64,000 nucleotides of DNA from Eledone cirrhosa (GCA_964016885.1 OZ024748.1:32922001-32986000); one strand, 5' to 3'; shown: positions 25,803 through 41,334, numbered from the stretch's first letter. The notes: a model not told the origin generated them from the letters alone. Translations and numbers: made by a program.

Positions 25803-26503
25803 ATATTGTTATACTTTGGGAGGGTCATGTTGCCAATAAGAAACACACGAACCAGTTGCTTTCACTCCAATTTATTATAAATTGAATTATAAATTTAAAA
25901 AATTTATAAATTTCCGATTGATTGGTTGGTTCCACAACCGGACGGTTGTTCATATATTGTCAAAGTTCTTTCGTCACATTTTCTGTGACCTCATCAGTGA
26001 CCGGGTGTTCTTTTCTTTGTTTTGTACCTCTCCTTTGCTCTGTCCTATGCCATCTTGTTTTTGTGTGTGTTGTGTGCTTAGTTTGCGCATGTGTTACATC
26101 CTGGTGTCTGTGTGTTTTTATTTGTTGATTTACATGTTACTAGTTGGTTGTTTGTTCTATGTGTGTGTGCTTTCATTTTGTCCTTAATTGTAAGTTGTGA
26201 TGTTGCTATTCCATTCATGTTTTCTATTTAATTTTGGTTGGAGTTCATTTATGTTTATTGCCTCTGTGATTTGTCTAAACATTGCGGATGTAACACATGT
26301 GCAAACTAAGCACACAACACACACAAAAACAAGATGGCGTAGGACAGAACAAATGAGAGGCACAAAACACAGAAAAGATGATGAGGTCACATAATGTGTG
26401 ACGAAAGAACTTTGACAATATATGAACAGCCGTCCGGTTGTGGAACCAACCAACCAACCGGAAATTTATAAACTTTCTAAATTCATAATAAATTGGAGTG
26501 AAA
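25803..26503. mobile_element. PLE-A2 (sister family of PLE-A) remnant: minus-strand EN C-terminus and pLTR plus an inverted arm
   Basis: Minus strand encodes RQITEAININELQPKLNRKHEWN (PLE-A has RQIREASEIEIRRPKLNRKNEWN) and ends atgaccctcccaaagtataacaat (MTLPKYNN). 26288-26500 is inverted relative to 25860-26100. HHR-like core at ~25958-26000 (-). Confidence 0.8.
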
Positions 26504-26541
26504 TATATATATATATATACATATATACATACATATACATA

Positions 26542-26593
<52 letters not shown>

Positions 26594-26626
26594 CACATAT
26601 ATATACATACATATATATATATACAC

Positions 26627-26657
<31 letters not shown>

Positions 26658-27841
26658 AAGGCGCATCGCTTAGTGGTTAGAGCATTGGGCTTGCAATCGA
26701 AAGGTTGTGAGTTCAATTCTCGGACCGTATGAGTAAGACAAGGTCAGCCGACCGGACACTGCCCACAACAGGACAACCCGTCTAATACATTCTAGTGTGG
26801 AAGAACGGACATAAAACGGCGATGATGATAATGATATATATACGTGTATATATTATACATCATCACAGTTTAAGTTCCATTTTACATGCTAGCATGGATT
26901 GGACGAGTTGTCCTGTTGTGTGAAAAGTTAGATCAAATGACCATGTCTGGCTCATCCAAGAAACATTTCTGGTTTGATTTCTACGGCTGGATGTCCTTCC
27001 TAAATCTAATCACATTTACAGGGAGGACTTGGTATTTATTGTTGTGTTGGTAACATGACCAACCTACAGGGTGGACTGGGTGCTTTTCGTTGTGTCACCA
27101 TCAAGACCACCACCTAACAGAGCAGACTGGGTGCTCTTTATCATGTCACCAATTTGACTACTTTGAAGGGTGCACGTGTGCCTTCAGTCTTGCCACTAGC
27201 ATGACCACTTTATAGAGAGGGCTAGGGGCCTCCTGTCATGTCTACATCACAGGGTGGACTGGGTGCTTATTTGTCACGTCACCAGCATGACTACCTTGCA
27301 GGGAGGGTTAGGTGCTCTTTTGTCATATTACCTAATAGAGAGGACTTGGTGCTCTTTTGTCATGACACCTCAGGGCTTTTAACCATTTAAGCAGCATTGG
27401 AGGAGAGCATGTTAAGCTTTCCATACATGTATACATGGGTTGGTCAAGAGAGGTGTATCAGATGTGAAAGTGGGGGTGGAGCTGTGTGTATGTAGGGTGG
27501 GGATTGGAGAGATATGTTAGGGTGGTGTACTTAGCTGGTTATTTGGTGGAGTGTTAAGATGTGGAGAGGTGGAAAATTGGAGTACACTTCAAACCACTAA
27601 ATGTTGCTTCATCCCGTGGACATTAGAATGCAGGTCTCCTGCAGTACTGTACAACGCCAGAGATTTCGATTCATGTTTTCTATTTAATTTTGGTTGGAGT
27701 TCATTTATGTTTATTGCCTCTGTGATTTGTCTAAACATTGCGGATGTAACACATGTGCAAACTAAGCACACAACATACACAAAAACAAGATGGCGTAGGA
27801 CAGAACAAATGAGAGGCACAAAACACAGAAAAGAACACACG

Positions 27842-27884
27842 GTCACTGATGAGGTCACATAATGTGTGACGAAAGAACTTTGAC
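27842..27884 (+). ncRNA. Minimal HHR (PLE-A2)
   Basis: gtca-CTGATGA-g-gtcaca-taatg-tgtgac-GAAA-gaac-TT-tgac. Confidence 0.6.
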
Positions 27885-28079
27885 AATATATGAACAGGTC
27901 TTCCTCTTCCATCAATTTCAAGCAGTCAACCTTTTATACATCTTTACCTACATACACATCACATGTCCATAACACAGCAATCTACACTCCTGCATACTGT
28001 ATCTTATCCCTCTCATGCCCAGGTTCACTCTCAGTTTATTTACACTTTGCTCTTCATATATATTACTATTACACATCAA

Positions 28080-29335
28080 TCGGAGAATTCAAGCTTCATT
28101 TCTATCCAATCTTCTGAGGTCCTCTGCACACACCGCCCACATCTCACTGAAATGCTGCATTGCTGTTCATATGCACACATCAATTAAATGAAACAACCTT
28201 TTGTAGCTAGCAGCAGTAGTAGCACCCTAAACCATCTTGTTCTTACTCTGGTTTCTGTACTTCAGAACACCTACCTACACTGCTAATTTGGTCACCCTGG
28301 TAACAGAAACTGTAAACTGCTTCTATGGAACCCTTTAAATATTTGATAGAGCTTGTCTCCTAAATGTGATTGCGTCTCACTGCTCCAGTGCAATGACCCC
28401 TTGTAAAACATACGTTCTTAGCTAACTTACCATGTATTCCACTAAATCTCTTGTGTACCCATAGTCTACTTAGTATAAATAATGCTTCATATCCATAACA
28501 TGTATGTGTGACCACTTATGGCCACCACTGTTTATTAGGGGAGGCACTTCCAAATAGACCCTTCGTTAGGCATGCTGACAAATATATTAAAAGTCCTTCC
28601 CTCCAACAATTTTCACCCCAAACAGAAGAGAATTTCATTTTGTCAAAAAGGGATGTAAATCCTTCATGGTGAAATTGTCAGGCTTAATTATATATGTAAT
28701 TAGATACACATAGAAGTAGTTGATTGCTTTTACAAGCTAGGTAACTTAATTAGCAGTGGGGGGGGGGGGGCTTCTCTGAAAGATGAATAGCTAGAATAAG
28801 GATAGGATGGAAAAAGTTTAGAGAGCTACTGCAACAGTTGACCACAAAAAGTTTCTCTCTCTGCACAAAAGGATGACTTTATGACGCCTGTCGGTGATGT
28901 GCAATGATGCATGGTAACGAAACAAGGGCTGTGACAGCAGAGGATATGAAGACCGGAGAAGAATGAAACAACCATGTTTTGTAGGATATGTTGTGTAAGT
29001 GTGAGAGAAAGGCAGAGCTTGGACAAGTTCAAGAAGAAGCTGGGTTAAAGAGTGATCTGAAGTGGCGTGTAAGAAAGAAGACTGTGTTTGTATGGACATG
29101 GGATGCACTGGGTGATGAAGTGTCAGGAAATCCCAGTAGAAGGAAGACATAGTAGAGGTAGACTAAGAAAGACCTGGACAGAGTCTGTGTGAACTGACTT
29201 CAAATAACTGACTCTCAAAGAGGAGATGACAAAGGAACATGACAAGTGGAAAGATGCCATGTTGAGAAGGACCTGTCCAAGCCAAGGAAGCATGGAAAAA
29301 CAGATATAAAAACAGTGATGATGTTGATGAAGATG
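28080..29335. mobile_element. Two degenerate RTE LINE 3' fragments in opposite orientations; paralogous block at 42520-43800
   Basis: Similar to 39662-40440 (e.g. ggatggaaaaagtttagagagctact), with many stops. Confidence 0.65.
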
Positions 29336-29989
29336 ACGTACAAATACACACATACATAATAAATAAATCAAATACTTATATGATGATGATGATATGCAAA
29401 CATAGATACAAACATATACATGGACACAAATTTCTACACACATACATTCACATATATATAGCGTATATAAATTCTGAACCATACAGTTTTGTCAGCACAA
29501 GTCTTGGTTACAACTTCTACAAATAAAAAGGAAAATAATTTCTTAGTAAAACAGTTTTATTCAAAATATTAACAACATTGGTGGCACTATTTTGGGTGAG
29601 TAACATGATTTTTATCTTGTCTGATTGTGTTGCATTAAGTAATCTTTACAAGAGAAGGATTTACCACAGACATCACAGTGATATGGTTCTTCTCCTGTAT
29701 ATGTTAGTGTGTAGTGAAGCCACAACATTTAGACAATGATTTATCACAGACATCACAGTGATATGGTTCCTCTCCTGTATATGTTAGTGTCTAGTGAAGC
29801 CACAACATTTAGAGAATGATGTACCAAATATATCAAAGTGATATGGCTTCCCAGCTGTATGTATATGTTTGTGTGTAGTTAATGTAACATTCAAAGAGAA
29901 TGATTTCCCTCAGATGTCACAATGATATGTATTTGTATTCTCATTAAATCACAAATTTGAGGGAATGATTTATCACTGATGTCAATGCG

Positions 29990-30865
<876 letters not shown>

Positions 30866-32204
30866 TCAGTTAATATCTGAAGATAATACAAACTTCTTTT
30901 TCATCCAAGTTTAGTTAAAATACAAAACCATCTGATAGTGAAGAATATAAACTCAGTTTTGAGGAAACATTTCATAGTAATACGACAAGAGATTCATATA
31001 AACAGTGTTATATAAGTTCTGTTTAGAAAGTTTTAGTCTTAAAATGATGATAAATCGAGGTGATGTATCCAAGATTGAAAATAATAATTTATCCCAATGT
31101 CATCTGATATTCTGAAATAAGAAAGAAACAGTATGAGAATACTTTAGAAGCAAAGATAGATTTAACAGTGGAAATTTTATATTTCTATATTGGTAAACTG
31201 TAGATATCAACTTTCCCGTCCAGAGCAATTCTCTCCAATGTAAGCAGTGGCATTCCAGCATGCTATATAAATTATTTCCTTCTATCTCTTGGGAGGTTTG
31301 CTCTATGGCACTTTAGCAAAAAATTCATTCTTATAGGACTTATAAGAAAGAAACAGTATAAGATTATAGAGAATACTTAAAATACAGAGATAGATTTAAC
31401 AGTGGAAATTTTACATTTTAAACATATTTCCCAGCGTCGAAGACGTTACTTTTTCCCTAATAGTTGATTTCTCAAAAATCAACTATACGTCCTGGAGGCC
31501 GAAGGTTGTTTATTATTTTTTTTCAAAAATGTTGACGACTTTGGCACTGGTAAAAACGGTACATTGGTAAACTGTAGAAATATACCTGTGTTTATTTATA
31601 TAAACCAAGGCTATATTTATGTCCCACATGGACACCAATACACATCTATATATACACACCTAACATATCGAAGACCCCCACGGTCAGTCACAAATGACCA
31701 TGTGATTTGCAACTAGAAAGTTCCCCTCTGAGGCACAAGTTCAGTTGTTTGAGGAAGACCAGCAGTCACCCAAGTATACCAGTCTACCCTCTCCACGCCA
31801 CCGATGTTGTTCAAGGGAAAGGTAATGGCTGATACAGCATGGCACCAGTGACAACACAACATATATATATACACCATATATATTATACAGTATATATACA
31901 CTATATATATGTCCAAGAGAAAGGCTATGGCCTATAGAGCTTGGTATCTGTGACATCACAACATATATATATATATACTATATATATTATACAGTCTATA
32001 TACACTATATATATATGTCCAAGAGAAATGCTATGGCCGGTACAGCTTGGCACCAGTGACATCACAACTCATTTCTACAGCCGAGTAAACTGGAGCAACG
32101 TGAAATAGACTGTCTTGTTCAAGGACACAACACATCACCCGGTCCGAGAATCGAACTCACCACCTTTTGATAGTAAGCCCAATGCTCTAACCACTAAGCC
32201 ATGA

Positions 32205-32781
32205 TATGTTCCAGAACCAACCGTGTTATAGAGAGACAATAAAGACAACTATTGTTTTCATAGTTTAAGCCTTAAAATACCTCTCATACATGCTTTAAGT
32301 ACATATAAACTCATTAAAACACACTTTTGTATTTAAGCAATAAAAAACAGCCAGTAACGATCGTATAGAAAATGCCACCAACTATCATACCACTAGTTAC
32401 CAATGAGGACCATTGCCAGCCACGGTAGCCACTTGGTAATACACTGCACATCTCCCATCAATCTATGAAGGGTTTGTAGTAAATTAGAGAAAAACACAAT
32501 CAGTAAAACAGTAATGGAATGAAAAATAAAAACATTTTTTCATAGTTAAAGCCTTAAGATGTCCCTTTATACACTTTAATAACATTGAAACTTATTTAAT
32601 AAGTTTAAAATTTAAACACATTTTATTCAGACATACCGTGATAAGAAAATAGATATGTTCTAACGAAAAATCCGTGATGTGGCGAGGATTACCGCGATAG
32701 AAAATTAGATATGTTCCAAAGAAATATCCGCGATGTAACGGGACCCCTAAAAGTGAACCGCGATATAACGGAGGATTACTG
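32205..32781. mobile_element. Tigger/pogo-like DNA transposon remnant; copies at ~36010-36523 and ~53665-54165
   Basis: Terminus CAGTAATCC.CCG.TATATCGCGG (minus strand) next to TA. Confidence 0.5.
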
Positions 32782-33640
32782 TATATATACACACACAACA
32801 TACATCTATCTATATACACTCATAATATTTATTTCGATTTTTGACTTTAAAATGTTGACTGCAACAACTGTTTCTTGTTTGAGGTTGTTCCAGTGGTTGA
32901 AATATAGACGGAGGTATTTTAAATAATAAAGACAGTCATAATAACAATATATTTTATATCAAATGTAACAGTGGAATCTGGTGATTGAAAAATAACACAT
33001 CAACATTTCAGTTTGGAAGTTTTTTCTATATATAAGAGTGGAGGAAGAAATATATTTTTCTAATGTTATATATATTTTCACTTGTATATAATTACTGGAT
33101 ATCTATAAATTTACCATTATTTCTTATGTTCTTCAATTTTGTACCTTTGTTGTTGTTGAATTATTTAATGCTTACCTCATAAAGAAGTTTCTATGCAGTC
33201 TGCTCTACCTGCGAGAAATTCCAGTCAAATATCCTTTATAACTAGTCAACTTACGCTCTTCAGAAGTAAACAGTGCATCATTGTGTTTTTATAAAACTAC
33301 GAAAGAATTAATCTCGTTGTTTTTAACTGTTTTAAATCAATAAATCAGCCGGCTCCAGAACTGTGGGGGATATTTACCTGAGCCAGGGCCGCTTTGATGA
33401 TCAGGTTTAACTCGGTTTTGGATGTCATTCACATCTAGCTGAAATTTATAAATATGCCTTGTTTATATGATAAATATAAATTAACCATATTGATAAATCC
33501 ACTGAAGTAGCTGATGTATTTTAATTAAGAATTAATGCTGATGTGTTTCAATTAAGAAGCTACTGAACGCACATATAAACAGAATGGTTAGCTGGTTAAA
33601 TCTATGTTCTTGCCATCTAGTGATTCTCTATGACCAGTTC

Positions 33641-33686
33641 TTGTCTGATGACTCTGTAATAAACAGACAAAACTCCAGAGTAACAA
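33641..33686 (+). ncRNA. HHR with G12A core mutation (probably inactive)
   Basis: ttgt-CTGATGA-c-tctgt-aataa-acaga-c-AAAA-ctc-ca-gag-TA-acaa. Confidence 0.55.
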
Positions 33687-34859
33687 CACTCACGTTCTAG
33701 TCTTACAACCTCTGCCGCGTTCAAATGAACAACAGTTACAAGCCGAAAGGAAAACAAACGTGTGTACAAATTCGACACCAAACGAGGTAAATATTTTCAA
33801 CTTTTCCCTTTTTTCGCATGAGTGTATGCTTTGTCTGAGACAACTTCAAAATATTCTTCAAGGAACTGGATTTTACCATTCCGTTGGATCACTTAACTTC
33901 CAGAGACATTCGAACGGATTTTACTATTTACAACCTACAGAGAGGAATAACAGATCTTCGGAGGAAAAAAAAAATTTATAAAGGATTGGTTGTGGCAACA
34001 ACGCAGGGAACCAGCCTGGAGCAATTGTATCACACAATTATACATTCCTCCTTAACATACACTTACAATTTTTCAAAAACAAACCCCCCAAATATAAAAT
34101 TAAAATAAATATATTTAAATGGCAAGGAACCACCACTAGCTTCACAAGAAGAGATTACACATGGCACCATCCCATCTCCCTCTTGAAATAACCTGAATCT
34201 ATTTATAGTCAGGTGTGACTGAAAGGTCAATCCATACTTCCATTCTATTTCACTGAATTAGAAGCTTTGACCACTTGATAGAATTCAGGACCAATAATGT
34301 AATCACTCTGTAATTGTAAACATCTTGTATCACTATCATTCAGGTTTTGATTTTACTGAAGTCTTGCCCATGTATTTTTTTTTTTTCTTTTTTTCACACA
34401 AACTCACAATTTCGGTTTTTACTGCGGATTTACCCATGCGAAATTTTACGCAAACTCACAGCCTTATATTTTGTATTTCTAGCATTTTTATTTTCCTTCT
34501 CTTTGCATGTTCAGTGCTCTTTCTCTCCCACTTTATTTACCTGCCTCTCACATGACCACAACCTTCTCCACTTTCTATCCCTCCCCTTGCTCACCCCTTA
34601 CTTCGTCCTCGCACACAGCCCACCTAGGCATTCGTTCAACCCGTCAGTGGCCTGATGTTTCGATCGAACTATCATCAGCGATTGCCAATTGCTAAAGTTG
34701 CCACCACTTTAACCTAGTCCACTCTAGGTGGCGGTGGCATGCGTCGAACGACCAAGAAACCTGCTTGGTGGAACGATTATGTGACAAACGGTCAGCCTTC
34801 GACCTCTCATTCTCCACCAACTGCGGCACGCACGAGAGGAGCTAACTTGCCCCCATCTA

Positions 34860-35270
34860 CCCCTCCTCCGCTTCACCCAGCTGGGGGTGGGTACAAGGTT
34901 GGGATGTGAGGCTGCTGTCCACGCTGCCATAACATTTACCAACTTGCCCTCCTCGTCCCCCAAGGTCATCCTCAAACTTAACCTCAGGAATGACTTCAAC
35001 TCCGTCAGCCGCGACATCGTCCTCGGCTCAGTAAGAGAGAGGGTCCCACAACTCTACCACTTTGCTTGGCAGGCTTATCGGGAACCCTCCTACCTCTCTT
35101 TCGGTGACCAGATCATCACCTCTGCCTCAGGAGTCCAACAGGGTGACCCACTCGGGCCCGCACTGTTTTCACTGAACATTGATGACGTCAGCAAGATAGT
35201 GGTTGAGTTGGACCACAATGTCTGGTACCTCGACGACGCCTGTTTGGGGGGAACTCCAGATATGGTTCTC
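34860..35270 (+). pseudogene. Non-LTR RT fragment (CRE-like)
   Basis: QLGVG..GCEAAVHA, LKLNLRNDFNSVSR, SGVQQGDPLGPALF, WYLDD. Confidence 0.75.
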
Positions 35271-35559
35271 GCCTGGCCTGATTGGCTCTCACCTTCTCTG
35301 CCACAGACTACACCACCAGAAAAGAGACACCGAAGCAGCAGTCCTTGAGAGAAATAACAAATACTAAGGATACACACACACTCATGTTTCATTATACTGT
35401 TTACATCTGTGTTTTATCTATTCTTTCGTCTTCCTGTTGAATCACTTCTATTGTATCGTTGTATTGATACATACATGCTAGCTCGAAGTAGCTAGTCAGC
35501 AAATTGATGTAGTGATAATCCTGTTACAATTTTTATTACTTGATCTTCAATGTAGCAAC

Positions 35560-35790
35560 AAGTGAATATTGTTATTGTAAAATAAATATTGTCAACATCA
35601 CAATTCTGGCATTATTCTTTTTATCATTCATACACAAAAGAATACATTCATCCACTACATATGCAACAAACAAAAGGGGTCCAAGAACAGATCCCTGTGG
35701 TACACCAGATGACATCTCATACAGTGAAGAATCCTGTCCTAGAACCCTGACTACCTCTCTTCAACTGAGAATGAAGGATTTCAACCAGTT
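35560..35790 (-). pseudogene. CR1/L2-type RT fragment
   Basis: Minus strand reads SGVPQGSVLGPLLF at ~35670-35710. Confidence 0.6.
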
Positions 35791-37802
35791 AAAAACTATA
35801 CACTATGTACAGTATATATACACTATGTACAGTATATATTATACACTATATATGATGTTGTCCAAGGGAAAGCAATGGCTGATACAGCTTAGCACCAGCA
35901 ACATCACAATATATACACTATATATATATATACACTATGTACAGCATATACACACTATATATGATGTTGTCAATTGCAAGCCCAATCATCTAACCACTAA
36001 GCTATGATACGTTCCAGAACCAACCGTTGTTTTCATAGTTTAAGCCTTAAAATACCTCTCATACATGCTTTAAGTACATATAAACTCATTAAAACACACT
36101 TTTGTATTTAAACACCAAAAAACAACCAGTAACGATCGTATAGAAACTACCTCCAACTATCATACTAGTTACCAATCAGGACCATTGCCAGCCACGGTAG
36201 CCACTTGGTAATACACTGCACATCTCCCGCCAATCTATGAAGGGTTTGTAGTAGATTAGAGCAAAACACAATCAGTAAAACAGTAATGGAATGAATAATA
36301 GAAACATGTTTTCATAGTTAAAGCCTTATGATATACACTTTAATAACATTGAAACTTATTTAATAAGTTTAATAACTTATTTAATAAGTTTAATAACTTT
36401 TTATTCAGACGTACCGCAATAAGAAAATAGATATGTTCTAACGAAAAATCCGCGATTGGAAATTAGATACGTTCCAAAGAAAAATCCGCGAAAAGTGAAC
36501 CGCGATATAGCGGGGGATTACTGTATATATACACACACAACATATATCTATCTATATACACTCATAACATTTATTTCGATTTTTTACTTTAAAATGTTGA
36601 CTGAGGGTGTGACAACTGTTTCTTGTTTGAGGTTGTTCCAGTGGTTGAAATATAGACGGAGGTATTTTAAATAATAAAGACAGTCACGATAACAATATAT
36701 TTTATATCACATGTAACAGTGGAATCTGGTGATTGAAAAATAACACATCAACATTTCAGTTTGGAAGTATTTTTTCTATATATAAAAGTGGAGGAAGAAA
36801 TATATTTTTCTAATGTTGTTATATATATTTTCACTTGTATATAATTACTGATCGTGTAGGTTTCACATAATTATATTATTTACACATATTAATATAGACA
36901 TTAAGTAAATCTTTGTCAACTTACCTCCTTCAGATATAATCAATGTGTCGTGTTGTTAGAGTTTACTAAACAACCATAGAAATAATCTCTTTGTTATCAA
37001 ATTAGAAGTTCCAAAGATGTTATCAGATTTATTTCACGACATTAACGTTGGTGTATCTTCTTCATCTTTAGTCATAAATTGGTATCTTGTTAGAATGAAG
37101 TAGTGAGGATGACTTTATGTCTTTAGCTACAGATTTGATAGGAAATATATATATATTAGGTTGATATGTGGTCTAATATATATATATATATATTGTCTAT
37201 AAATGACTGATAGCAGATGTTCTGGCGAAATAGTAGTTTTACTACTACAGATTGTAATGGAACTCTTAGTAGACACAATTGTAAAGTAAGAATAGATATG
37301 ACAGTGTAAGACTGATGTCGGGGAAAGAAAATTGTGTGTGTGTGTATATAATTGTTACACAAGCGATATAATTAGATTAATTTAAGTTATAATGAAGACA
37401 GCAGGTATTAGGTGTCGTTGAGAATGTTTCAACTCTCGTACCGGTGTCATAAGTTAAAAGTCCCTGATATAATTTAATAACTGTTTCTACTTTAGGCACA
37501 AGGCCAGCAATTACTGGTACTTTATTTTATCGACCCCGTAAGGATGAAAGGCAAAGTCAACCTCGGCGGGATTTGAACTCAGATCGTAAAGAGACGTAAC
37601 TATGCTGGAAAGCATGGCGTCCGACCCTCTACCGATACTGCCAATCCACCTTTAATAACTTCAGACAGTTCCAATCGTATTTAATTGATCGTAAACCAGA
37701 AAGTATCACTCCATAAAATATCAATTATATATCAATAAGAAAATCTCTACGTAGTCTCTTTCACTGATGAAAAATAGCAGCGATATTATCCAATACAACT
37801 GT

Positions 37803-37833
<31 letters not shown>

Positions 37834-38089
37834 TAGAAAGATCGAGTATCGAAAAATCGGCGCACGAGTTCACGATAAACAAAATTCGAAATGAGCGGCA
37901 GAGGGCTCAATAATTCAGATGAATCAGAGCTATAACTATCGTTAAAATACCGTCACATATAGAACAAGTCTACAATCAACCATACGATAAAAAATCGATA
38001 ATAGAAGATTCGGGACAAACAGATAAAAAATATCAATAAAACAATACATCAATAATTTAAATGAATGTAAAATATATATATATAAGAAT

Positions 38090-38580
38090 AGAGTGAGAAA
38101 CGAAATTTCGTTTCATTCTATTCCATTTATCATTTTCGGTGTGCTCGGCCGACTGAACTCACTCGATATGCAAATTAGGCTGCTCAGCCGTTAATATGCA
38201 TAAGGAAAGTATATACTTTCAGACGTTCAACCATTTGGCAGGAAGGTATACGATGCTGACGATAGCTAATAAGCTTGAAACTAGTATATCGTTCCTGTGT
38301 CAGTGTTGAACAAAAAGGTGACGTGGTTGCCTAAACACTGTACAGCGTAATTCGGGCTGTTTGTTTGTTTACAAACAAACAAACCGAGCATTATAATAAA
38401 TGTTCGGTAAACCGATACGTGCATCTATATATGTGTGCATGTATGTATATATATACATACTACTGTACGTCTGTATACATATATGTATGTACGTATACAT
38501 ACATACATACATACTTACATTTAAGTAAGTGCCGTCCTAAGAGTGAGAAATGAAATTTTGTTTCATTCTATTCCATTTAT
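38090..38580 (+). mobile_element. Family E monomer (450 bp) with ~41-bp terminal redundancy, inserted in (TA)n
   Basis: agagtgagaaa.gaaattt.gtttcattctattccatttat occurs at 38090 and 38540. Homologous to 1-903. Confidence 0.75.
38250..38292 (+). ncRNA. Minimal type I HHR (family E)
   Basis: acgatg-CTGACGA-tagctaataagctt-GAAA-ctag-TA-tatcgt. Stem I differences from the 237-279 copy keep base pairing. Confidence 0.8.
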
Positions 38581-38639
38581 ATATATATATTTATCTATAT
38601 ACAAACACATATATGTACGTATGTATACGTATAAACAAC

Positions 38640-39215
38640 TATTTTATGGAGAGTTAGTTAAAGGAAAATGACCGTCACATAAACCAAAAAAGAGGTATAA
38701 GGATTCATTGAAACCCTCTTTGAAAGACGCTAACTTCTCTGCTGATACATCGGAAAATGTTGCTGCTGATCGTAATATACAGAGAAAGACTGTATATGAG
38801 GGGAAAGTTGCCTTTGAGGCATCTCAAATCGCATACGAGAAAGTAAAGCGGGACGTGGGGAAGGGCATTGCTGTTGCACTTCCAGACGGCGAGGGTCCTC
38901 CTATGGTGCTGACATGCAGCGTCTGTGCGAGACTTTGCCTCAGCAAAGCTGGACTCGAAAGTCATCGTCGCAGTCATAAAGTAAGACCAGTGGTTGACTA
39001 CCAGGTGCTGTTGGAGATGCGTCTCATCATGCTTGCCAAGCATGTGGTAGAGAATGTAAATCAGCAGGAGGGCTCAAACGACATGCAAAAGTACATGAAC
39101 TCCAACCACAGCCGGCTATTGCCAGTGAATGTTTTGGTTGCCGACTCTGTGCAAGACATTTTAGATCATTGGCTGGGCTAAAAAGCCACATTCGATCACA
39201 GCGCTGTTAACTGCT
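38640..39215 (+). pseudogene. LINE ORF2 3' end with C2H2 motif(s), degenerate
   Basis: CSVCARLCLSKAGLESHRRSH, preceded by an RT C-terminal-like G.Q.KRYKDSLK motif. Confidence 0.5.
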
Positions 39216-39227
39216 ATCACGCGGGCA

Positions 39228-39284
<57 letters not shown>

Positions 39285-39319
39285 TATTATTGTTGTTGTT
39301 GTTGTCATTATTATTATAA

Positions 39320-39360
<41 letters not shown>

Positions 39361-39661
39361 TATTATTGTTGTTGTTGTTGTCATTATTATTATAATGGTT
39401 TTTTTTTCTCGTGCAATGGCCATACTCGATAACGAGGGGGCAGCCATCATATATGTACGTATGTATGTATATGTGTATATACATACGTATATGTATGCAT
39501 ATGTGTGTTTGCACGTATGTCTGGTGTGTATATAAGTACATAGGGTTTTGGTATATGTATGTTTGGTGAACATATGTGTATTTACCTGTAGGTATGTGTG
39601 AGTGAGCGTTCTATATGCATTTATGCGCATATATTTATATATGTATATATAATTATATATA

Positions 39662-40823
39662 GTGTGTAGGAAAGGAGTAGGTAGAAACTCCATTTTATGT
39701 CCCAAATGCAAAGTATGGGTACATAAAAGATGTAGTGGGATCACAGGTAAACTATCTAAGAATATAGATTTTATATGTGGCCGGTGCTCTGGTGCAATAA
39801 GTAGCGGCAAGTGCCCACAGAATACTAACTCATTCCATTGCACAGATGGTTCTATAGAAATAGTGGACAGCTTCCGTTACCTGGGTGATAAAATCAGCAG
39901 TGGGGAGGGTGCTCTGAAAGTACAGTAGCTAGGGTCAGAACGGGATGGAAAAAGTTCAGAGAGCTTATACCACTATTGGCCGCTAAAGGGTTCTTTCTAA
40001 AAATGAAAGGCAGGCTGTATGATGCCTGCATACGAACAGCAATGTTACATGGCAGTGAGACCTGGGCATTGTGTGCAGAGGATATACGCAGACTGGAGAG
40101 AAACGAAGCTTGCATGCTCCGCTGGATGTGTAATCGTAAAATACGTGAACGGCAAAGCATAAACGTACTAAGGGAGAAATTAGAAATAAGAGGAATCAGA
40201 TGTTGTTTACTCGAGAGAAGACTACGTTGGTATGGTCACGTGATGCGCATGAAAGACGACAGCTGTATAAAAAAGTGCAGAGCAATAAAAATAGACGGTA
40301 GCCACGGAGTAGGCAGACCCAGAAAAACCTGGGACGACTTGATAAATTCCGACCTCACACACTTACACCTCTCCAAGGCAATGTCACTGGACCGAGAGCT
40401 TTGGCGCTACACAGTAATAGAGAAGACCCGCCTTACCTAAGTAGAAAGTGAAACCTACTACAGTCAGTAGGCACCTCTAACAAAATACACCCCATCCCAC
40501 TATCCCCACCCCATCCACACCACCCCTTCAATGTAAAGTGATGTTGGTGTCACAACATCCAGCCCGAAACAAATGAGGTCGTGTAGGTGTCACGACAAAA
40601 AAACACACAGTCCACGCTGTAATGTGGCCGTGTAGGCAACACGGTAAAAACCTCCCAGTTCCACACTGTAAATTTGGTTGGTGTTAGGAAGGGCATCCAG
40701 CCGTAGAAAACCCGCCAGACAGTCCTATGCGAGCAAGACAACCACTCTTGCCTCAAGTGGGAAAACCCCCGTCCAAACCCATGCAAACGTGGAATATGGA
40801 CGTTAAACGATGATGATGATGAT
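39662..40823 (+). mobile_element. RTE-clade LINE, 5'-truncated
   Basis: CRKGVGRNSILC..C..WVHKRCSG, FRYLGD, LHGSETW, RRLRWYGHV.R, GRPRKTW. Frameshift near 39905 and a (tga)n tail. Confidence 0.85.
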
Positions 40824-41334
40824 ATATATATACACACACACACTAACGTATATTTACATGTGTAGCTGGTGTATACGTTCGAACGTGTGTGGGTATATGT
40901 CTCATGCCGGTTTACGTCCGTGTGCGCGTGTTTATGTGTACGTACATGTATATGTATGCATGGCGTGTTTTTTCGCATATACACGTGTATAAATGTGTGT
41001 ATGTATATATTTAATTATTATTAATTTTATGATTATAATAACCTCTGTCATTTTCGTTCAACTAATTTATTTACATTATTCTGAACTCCAAAGCCAAGAG
41101 TCATTCAGTTTCCTAAATAATATATTAGTCTAATACTCCATTTATACCATAAACGTGGTTTTGTCTTACGTGTAATTGTTGTCACCGCTCCACATAACAA
41201 CGTATTATCTTCGCTTTTTTCCGTTCATTGCCAGGGAACGTCATCATGAACCAAAGTATCGCCTTCCTGTTTTCCTTCGGTTGCAACGTTTTTCGAAATA
41301 TATACTTCTGCGTTCACAGATTGATTTTTTTTTT

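Larger units (their letters stand above)
31112..36924 (-). other. Putative 5'-UTR intron of ZF1
   Basis: Minus-strand donor GAG|GTAAGT at 36924 and acceptor tttcttatttCAG| at 31112. Both are conserved in the paralogue (54550 and 47103). No transcript evidence. Confidence 0.5.

Noticed and set aside
26659-26727. tRNA-like sequence with A and B boxes
   Set aside because: The acceptor and anticodon stems do not close. It is the tRNA-derived head of a SINE seen several times in the window.
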